Shown: positions 57,901 through 64,000 of the stretch, one piece after another
Numbering within the stretch: position 1 is the stretch's first letter
How the letters are laid out: the number at the start of each line of letters is the position of its first letter
Source of the DNA: Acidocella sp.
GTDB lineage: Bacteria; Pseudomonadota; Alphaproteobacteria; Acetobacterales; Acetobacteraceae
Assembly (NCBI RefSeq): GCF_036489515.1
Contig: NZ_DASXFO010000067.1
Location: 4,251-68,250 of the forward strand
DNA length: 64,000 nt
Reading direction: 5' to 3'
Notes under the pieces: generated by a model
Seen by the model: the letters and a program-made list of their open reading frames with translations, nothing else
Database searches by the model: none
Told to the model about the DNA's origin: nothing
Position numbers and translations under genes: made by a program

Positions 57901-59922
57901 TCACGGTAACGAGAAAACCACCACTGCCGGCGGGCCGTTGCCGCCGAAGAAGGCCGATATCGCGCCCGAGGTGACGGCGACATATTGCTTGCCGTTCTGC
58001 TCGTACGAAACGGTGCCGCCACCGACGCTGCCACCGGTGTTGAAGCGATATAACACGTCGCCGGTCGCGGAATTCATCACCAGGAAGTTGTCGTCAAGGT
58101 CGCCGGTGAACAGGACGCCGCCCGAAGTCGCGACGATGCCGGCGACCAGCGGTGTCGGTGCCTGGTATTTCCAATTCACCTTGCCGGTTGCGGCATCGAA
58201 CGCCGTGAGCCACCCCTTCGCCTGATCGCGCGGATCGGGTATGACCGAACCGCCGTAATAATGCTGTTCCGACGTGTAGGCCGGCGGCGCCGGGAACTTC
58301 TTGAATGTCGCACACCAGTCGACCGCGCTGACGAATAGCTGCTTGCTTACCGGGTCGAAGGCGGGACCATTCCACTCCAGGCCGCCCAGCAAACCGGGGC
58401 AGCGATGCGCGCCATCGACGGTCGGCTCAGCGTCGACATTTTCGTGCGTCGTGATCGGCACTTCGTAGAGCACGTTATGGGTCGTGCGGTCGACCACGCG
58501 CAGCAGCCCGTCCTTGCCGGCAACCGCCATGAGGAGGCGATCGGCATCGCCAACCTGCAGATCGAACAACGGACTCACCTGACTGAGATCAGAGTCGTGT
58601 TCGTCGTGCATGACGAACTGGTGATACCACAGGAGCTTGCCGGTTCGGACATCGAGGGCGAGCAGGGAATCGGTGTAGAGATCCGCACCTGGCCTCACCG
58701 CGCCATAGAAATCGGGAGCTGGATTCCCGACCGGCACGTAGAGGACACCGGCTTTGGTGTCGAGCGAGAGCGGCGTCCAGAGGCTGCCGCCGCCATGCTG
58801 CAGGGCAGCCTGATCCTTCCAGCTGCTGGCCCCAGGCTGGCCCGGCTTGGGAACGAGATAGAAACGCCACAGCGGCGCACCAGTCTCGAGCTTGAACGCG
58901 CCGATCCAGTTCTGCGCGCCGTAATCCGCGCCGGCCGGCCCATAGACCACCATATCTCCCCAAATCAGCGCCGGCATGCTGAGGTACTGGCCGTTGGTGG
59001 CGCTCGCGATCTGCTGGCTCCACAGGAGCGATCCACTCGCCAGATCGAGGGCGATCAGGTGGCCGTCCGCGACGCCTCGCACGAGCTTGCCGTCCTTGAT
59101 GGCGACGCCGCGATTGGTCGGTGAGATGATGGGGCCCTGCAATGGCCAGGTATAGGCCCAGACCTGGCGGCAGGTGGTGGCGTCGATCGCCACCGTCGTT
59201 GGGCCGAACGTCAGATACATGACCCCCTTATAAACGAGCGGATCAGTCTGGGTCGGCGCCGCTTCATCGGCGCGGTACAGGCAGACCGGCCGGAGCGTGG
59301 CAGCATTCGCGGGCGTGATGTGCTTGAGATCGACAAAACGCGTGCCGGCATAGTCATGGGTGGCGTAAAGCCAATCCCGACTGTCGCTGGCCGCATCGTC
59401 AAGTTGTGTCTGGCTGGGCCCCACGACCTCCGGCACCGGCGCAGCGGCAGAGGCCGTACTGGCTGCGGCGCCTTTCAAGGTCGCGAGATAGGCGATGAGA
59501 TTGGCGCGTTCCACCGTGGAAGGAACCGTCGCCTCCATGGTCGTGCCAGGAACCATCTGAGCAGGGCCGGTCAGGAATTGGCTAAGCGTGGCGTCGTTCC
59601 ACACCAGGCCGGAACTCTTGAGCGCGCTGCTATAGTCGAACCCCGGAAGCGAACCCGCCTTGCGCCCGACGACGCCGGCGAGCGAGGGGCCAAAGCCCGA
59701 GCCACCGGCGACATTGGAGTGACACACCGCGCACTCGGTATTGAAAACTTTCTGCCCGGCGCTGACATCGCCCTGGGCCCATGCCGGACTACTCGCGACA
59801 GCACAGCCCAGCGCGAAAACGGCAATCAGAACGAAGCGGGTGCAAGAGCGGCCGAGCCGCCCTCCGCTTCCTCCCTTTGTATTTGGATTCGCGCGGCTAT
59901 TTGGATTCACGTGGCGAGCCAT
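57901..59922 (-). CDS. Secreted fusion of N-terminal class I cytochrome c and a PQQ-dependent-dehydrogenase-like beta-propeller
   Basis: Signal peptide, haem motif CAVCHS with a downstream GTTM, then DWLYATHDYAGTRF... and propeller repeats. ATG at 59922 with GGAGG upstream. Confidence 0.75.
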   Translation of the reverse strand: MARHVNPNSRANPNTKGGSGGRLGRSCTRFVLIAVFALGCAVASSPAWAQGDVSAGQKVFNTECAVCHSNVAGGSGFGPSLAGVVGRKAGSLPGFDYSSALKSSGLVWNDATLSQFLTGPAQMVPGTTMEATVPSTVERANLIAYLATLKGAAASTASAAAPVPEVVGPSQTQLDDAASDSRDWLYATHDYAGTRFVDLKHITPANAATLRPVCLYRADEAAPTQTDPLVYKGVMYLTFGPTTVAIDATTCRQVWAYTWPLQGPIISPTNRGVAIKDGKLVRGVADGHLIALDLASGSLLWSQQIASATNGQYLSMPALIWGDMVVYGPAGADYGAQNWIGAFKLETGAPLWRFYLVPKPGQPGASSWKDQAALQHGGGSLWTPLSLDTKAGVLYVPVGNPAPDFYGAVRPGADLYTDSLLALDVRTGKLLWYHQFVMHDEHDSDLSQVSPLFDLQVGDADRLLMAVAGKDGLLRVVDRTTHNVLYEVPITTHENVDAEPTVDGAHRCPGLLGGLEWNGPAFDPVSKQLFVSAVDWCATFKKFPAPPAYTSEQHYYGGSVIPDPRDQAKGWLTAFDAATGKVNWKYQAPTPLVAGIVATSGGVLFTGDLDDNFLVMNSATGDVLYRFNTGGSVGGGTVSYEQNGKQYVAVTSGAISAFFGGNGPPAVVVFSLP

Positions 59923-60156
59923 CGGTGCCTCCAACAGGTCGATCGAACGATACCTCCTGGTTCCCGGCCTTTCAACATAATTGCGCCTGCCCGAGACTTG
60001 GGCCGGCCCTCGCGAGACAGGCCGGCTTATTGAAGCGGTCCGGATCCAGCGTTACTCGATCCCTGATTGTTTAGTTGCAATTTCAACCTGATTCCCGGAT
60101 CGTATCACACAACGATGCCGGGCAGATCGGCAAACGACGTCACAGGCAGGCACAAA

Positions 60157-61248
60157 ATGGCAACACCAAACGGTCCGCCACGCAAGTGGCGAGCTCCCAA
60201 AATTCCTGGAGTCGTTTGGCGGGCTCTGAGCTTCGTGCTGGCGGCGGTGGTCCTCATCGTCTGCTACACCCAATGGAACCGCTGGGAGGGCGAAGCACGC
60301 TACCAGACCACCGACGATGCCTATCTGCAGACCAACCTCACACCGCTCAGCGCCCAGGTTGCGGGCTATGTCCGCGCCGTCCCGGTGCAGGATTACGCCC
60401 AGGTGCAGGCCGGCCAGCTCATCGTGCAGATCGTCGATGACAATTACCGCGCGACCCTTGCCCAGGCCGTGGCCAATGTCGCCTCCGCCAAAGCGAAGAT
60501 CGCGGGGGTAGAGGCGCAGCACCCGCTCCTTGAGGCCAATCTCCGGGCGGCGCAGGCGGTTGTCGCGTCCACCACCGCAACCTTGGCACAAAACGGCCGC
60601 GACGTAGCGCGGCAGCAGAGGCTGTTGAGCACCGGTTCGTCCTCGGTTGAAGAACTGGAACGGGTGCAAACGACCCGGGCCCAGCTGACCGCGCAGCTTG
60701 CCCAGAACCGCGCCCAGGCTGATGCGGTGGCGCGGCAGATCGACCTGCTGGCGTCGCAACTCGACCAGGCCATAGCCGCCTTGGCCGCGGCGCAGGCCGC
60801 CATGCGGCTCGCCGCGATCAATCTCGGCTACACGCAGATCGTGGCCCCCACCGACGGGTTCATCGGCCTGAGACAGGTCTTGCCCGGACAATATCTGGCG
60901 CCGGGGACCCAGGTCACGACCCTTGCAGAATTACCGCTGATCTGGGTGCTCGCTAACTACAAGGAAGTTCAGTTAACCCGTGTACGGATCGGCCAACCGG
61001 CCTCGATTACGGTCGATACGTTTCCGGGGCATACGCTGCACGGCCATGTCATTGCCATCTCGCCGGCATCGGGCGCGCAATTCGCCTTGCTGCCGCCGGA
61101 CAACGCCACCGGCAACTTCACCAAAATTGTTCAGCGCATTGCTGTTAAAATCAGCATCGACGATCCGGACGGGCTCGGTGGCCGGCTGCGCTCCGGCATG
61201 TCCGCCATCCCCACGATCGACACGGCGAACTACCGGCAGCGACCATGA
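60157..61248 (+). CDS. HlyD/EmrA-family efflux periplasmic adaptor
   Basis: N-terminal TM segment, long Ala/Gln-rich coiled coil, and a barrel region. An ATG at 60115 is an alternative start. Confidence 0.8.
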   Translation: MATPNGPPRKWRAPKIPGVVWRALSFVLAAVVLIVCYTQWNRWEGEARYQTTDDAYLQTNLTPLSAQVAGYVRAVPVQDYAQVQAGQLIVQIVDDNYRATLAQAVANVASAKAKIAGVEAQHPLLEANLRAAQAVVASTTATLAQNGRDVARQQRLLSTGSSSVEELERVQTTRAQLTAQLAQNRAQADAVARQIDLLASQLDQAIAALAAAQAAMRLAAINLGYTQIVAPTDGFIGLRQVLPGQYLAPGTQVTTLAELPLIWVLANYKEVQLTRVRIGQPASITVDTFPGHTLHGHVIAISPASGAQFALLPPDNATGNFTKIVQRIAVKISIDDPDGLGGRLRSGMSAIPTIDTANYRQRP

Positions 61249-62831
61249 GCGAAATTGTCGCACCACCGCCCGCCCCGCCGGGCGAACAGGCCATTCCGTG
61301 GCTGGGCCTCACCGCCGTGCTGCTCGGTACGTTCATGTCCACGCTGACCGGCCGGCTCTCGACCTTCGGGCTCACCGATGTCCGCGGCGCCCTCCATGCC
61401 GGGTTCGATGAGGGCGCCTGGATCACCACCGCGTTCACCGTGGCGCAGATGCTGATCACGCCGATCGCGGTGTGGATCGGCAGCATCTACGGGCCGCGCC
61501 GGATTCTCATCGTGGCCGCGCTCGAATTTGCCTTCGCGTCCTTTCTGCTGCCGTTTTCGCAAAACCTCACGACATTTCTGGCGCTGCAGTTTCTCGCCGG
61601 GCTCGGCTCGGGTTGTTTCATTCCCCTGACGCTGAGCTTCATCTTGCGCAACATGCCGCCGCGGCTATGGGCCTATGGCGTTGCGCTCTATGCGCTGAAC
61701 CTGGAGCTGTCACTCAACATCTCGGCATCGGTCGAAGGCTGGTATGTCGACAACCTCACCTGGCACTGGATTTTCTGGCAGAACGTGCCGCTCGCACTCG
61801 GCATGGCCGCCTGCCTGTTCTGGGGCGTGCGCTCGCTGCCGCCACCGCCACGGATCCACACGGACGGCTATGGCCTGATGTCATGCGGGCTCGGGCTGGC
61901 GCTGATCTATGCGGCGCTCGACCAGGGCAACCGGCTCGACTGGGGGAGTTCCGGACTGATCTGGGGTTTAACCCTCGCCGGGATCATCATGATTGTCTCC
62001 TTCGTGGTCCATGGACGCACAACGCCTGATGCGTGGCTGGATTTCAAAGTCGCGACGGCATGGCCGTTGCCCCTTCTGCTTTTGATGATTGCCATCCTGC
62101 GCCTGACGATCCTCTCAACCTCCTATCTGATCCCCTATTATCTGGGCGGCGTACGCGGTTTCCGGGCGCTGCAGGTCGGCGATACGCTGATCTGGATCGC
62201 CGCCCCGCAGCTGATCATCTGCCCCCTCGCCGCCTTCATGCTGCGGCGCTCCGACCCACGCATCACCGCCTCACTGGGCCTCTGTCTGGTCGGCCTGGCC
62301 TGCATGGCGGTCGCCTACACGCTGACCCCGTCCTGGGGATCGGATCAGTTTCTGCCCTCGCAGCTGATGCAGGCGGTCGGGCAAAGCTTTGCCCTGTCCG
62401 GGATCGTTTTCACCGGCGTACTGAACCTCAAGCCGCAGGACGCCTTGTCCTTCGGGGCGATGCTGCAGATTGCCCGGCTCTTTGGCGGCGAGGCGGGCAC
62501 GTCGTTCATTACGACCATGTCGCGGATTCGTGAGCAGCGCGCTTCCAATCTCATCGGTCTGCATTTGCAGATCGGCAGCCAGGACGTGCAACAGCGGCTT
62601 GCGATCTATGGGCGGGTGCTTGCCCGCAGCAGCCATCAGCCGCAGGCGGCACCGGTGATCCTCGGCAATCTGGTGCGGACGATGGCGACCACCCAGGCGA
62701 CGATCGACTGCTTCGTCGCGGTCGCGGCTTTTGCGGTGTTCGGACTCTTCATGCTTTTGCTTGTCCTGCCCGCACCGCCGCGCACGCCAGCGTCACACAT
62801 ACCGTTCTTTTCACGAAAGAAACCGGGATGA
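61245..62831 (+). CDS. DHA2 (EmrB/QacA)-family MFS efflux transporter, 14-TM type
   Basis: 528 aa polytopic protein. ATGA overlap with the adaptor gene. Confidence 0.8.
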   Translation: MSEIVAPPPAPPGEQAIPWLGLTAVLLGTFMSTLTGRLSTFGLTDVRGALHAGFDEGAWITTAFTVAQMLITPIAVWIGSIYGPRRILIVAALEFAFASFLLPFSQNLTTFLALQFLAGLGSGCFIPLTLSFILRNMPPRLWAYGVALYALNLELSLNISASVEGWYVDNLTWHWIFWQNVPLALGMAACLFWGVRSLPPPPRIHTDGYGLMSCGLGLALIYAALDQGNRLDWGSSGLIWGLTLAGIIMIVSFVVHGRTTPDAWLDFKVATAWPLPLLLLMIAILRLTILSTSYLIPYYLGGVRGFRALQVGDTLIWIAAPQLIICPLAAFMLRRSDPRITASLGLCLVGLACMAVAYTLTPSWGSDQFLPSQLMQAVGQSFALSGIVFTGVLNLKPQDALSFGAMLQIARLFGGEAGTSFITTMSRIREQRASNLIGLHLQIGSQDVQQRLAIYGRVLARSSHQPQAAPVILGNLVRTMATTQATIDCFVAVAAFAVFGLFMLLLVLPAPPRTPASHIPFFSRKKPG

Positions 62832-64000
62832 GGCTGACGCAAGGCGCAACGTCCCTCGCCACCCTGGCCTGGCTCGCCGGTTGCGCGGCGGGACCCGACT
62901 ACAAGCCACCGACACCGCCGCCGGGTGCTGCAGCGCCTTTCGTCGCGGTGCAATCTTCCGCGTCCACGACTGCGGCGCCTCCGAACGCCTGGTGGAAACT
63001 ATACGACGATCCGGTTCTGAACAGCCTCATCGCGCGCGCCTTCACGGCCAATGAGGACCTCAAAACGGCGGAAGCGAATCTTGCCTCCGCCCGCGCAATC
63101 CTGGAGGGCGCCCGCTCGAACCTGTTTTACCCGCAAACCCAAGTGGAACTGGCCGGCGTTTATGGCCGTGACCCAACCTTTAACGAGATACTGGAACTCA
63201 CGGGCCGCAAGCCGCAAACCACATGGCTGTTCGATTCGCTGTTCGATATGTCCTACGAGCTGGATCTGTTCGGCCATGTCCGGCGCTCGATCGAAGCGGC
63301 ACGGGATAATCGCGAGGCGGTCGAGGCGGCGCGAGACGATCTGCGCGTGACGATCGCCGCCGAGACCGCGCGGGCCTATGGGCAGATCTGCACGTTCGGC
63401 GAAGAAATCGCGGTGGCGCGGCAGTCGCTGGCACTGGTGACGCAACAAGAGAAGATTATTGAGCAACGCCGTGACGCAGGGGCGGGCTCCACCTTCGACG
63501 TGGTCAGGTCACAGGTTCTGGTCGCTCAGGTCCGCGCCACCATTCCGCCGCTGGAAGGCCAGCGGCGGGCTGCCTTGTTCGAGCTGACCGCGCTGCTCGG
63601 CGCGACGCCGTCGAACGCCCCCGTAACGGTGGATTCCTGTGTCGCGCCGCCACGGCTTGCGACCCTGATGCCGGTCGGCGATGGTGCCGCTTTGCTGCGC
63701 CGCCGGCCCGATATCCGCGAGGCGGACCGCAAGCTCGCCACGGCGCTTGCCGAGATCGGCGTCGCCACCGCCGATCTGTTTCCGAGGGTCTCCTTGAGCG
63801 GCTTTTACGGCGGCGCCAACACCCAGATCAGCACCCTCACCGCGAATAGCGGGCTGGTCTGGGGAGTCGGTCCCTCGATCAGTTGGACCTTTCCCAATAT
63901 GAGCGGACCGCTCGCCCGGCTCGCACAAGCCAACGCCAACGCCGCCGCTTCCCTCTCGAACTTCAATTCGGTGGTGCTGCAGGCGTTGAAGGAAACGGAA
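62828..64000 (+). CDS. NodT-family outer-membrane efflux lipoprotein (partial; continues past the window end)
   Basis: Absent from the ORF track because no stop occurs in the window. Lipobox LAGC, then PDYKPP and WWKLYDDPVLNSLI, which are typical of the family. ATGA overlap with the MFS gene, and the frame stays open to 64000. Confidence 0.8.
   Translation, partial: MRLTQGATSLATLAWLAGCAAGPDYKPPTPPPGAAAPFVAVQSSASTTAAPPNAWWKLYDDPVLNSLIARAFTANEDLKTAEANLASARAILEGARSNLFYPQTQVELAGVYGRDPTFNEILELTGRKPQTTWLFDSLFDMSYELDLFGHVRRSIEAARDNREAVEAARDDLRVTIAAETARAYGQICTFGEEIAVARQSLALVTQQEKIIEQRRDAGAGSTFDVVRSQVLVAQVRATIPPLEGQRRAALFELTALLGATPSNAPVTVDSCVAPPRLATLMPVGDGAALLRRRPDIREADRKLATALAEIGVATADLFPRVSLSGFYGGANTQISTLTANSGLVWGVGPSISWTFPNMSGPLARLAQANANAAASLSNFNSVVLQALKETE

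Overview
High-GC bacterial chromosomal segment. Gene content and order suggest an alphaproteobacterium, but that is inference only because no database search was possible. I support about 55 protein-coding genes and found no rRNA, tRNA, CRISPR, transposase, integrase or phage genes. Recognisable units: glutamine-dependent NAD synthetase; a polar amino-acid ABC importer; pqiABC; mmsA with a LysR regulator; prkA-yeaH-spoVR behind a sigma-54-type promoter; a PLD/EEP pair; a CoxMSL-type molybdenum hydroxylase cluster; an AaeXAB-like efflux unit; a type III PKS-methyltransferase-flavoprotein operon; speH-speE; gcvTHP behind a tandem glycine riboswitch; cbpA-cbpM; pdxJ; lpdA; an oxidative-stress neighbourhood (ohr, LysR, peroxiredoxin-like, haloperoxidase-type hydrolase, dps); a cytochrome c-PQQ propeller fusion; and an EmrAB-NodT-type efflux operon that runs off the window end. 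The dominant unexplained structure is a roughly 140-bp mosaic repeat of three palindromes (A-B-C) with GA-rich and CT-rich inverted termini. It occurs at about 22 loci (16 full length, 6 truncated or variant), roughly 2.8 kb of the 64 kb. It sits at 10 of 11 convergent gene junctions, shows stem-preserving double substitutions between copies, and supplies stop codons or short C-terminal tails to several genes. I do not recognise it as a named family. Other items worth a second look are a translationally coupled BNR-propeller/MoaD-like (GG-terminated) pair, an orphan CoA-transferase B subunit and an SDR pseudogene each bracketed by repeat copies, and a perfect 16-bp hairpin in front of ohr. All product calls rest on motifs read from the translations and carry that uncertainty.
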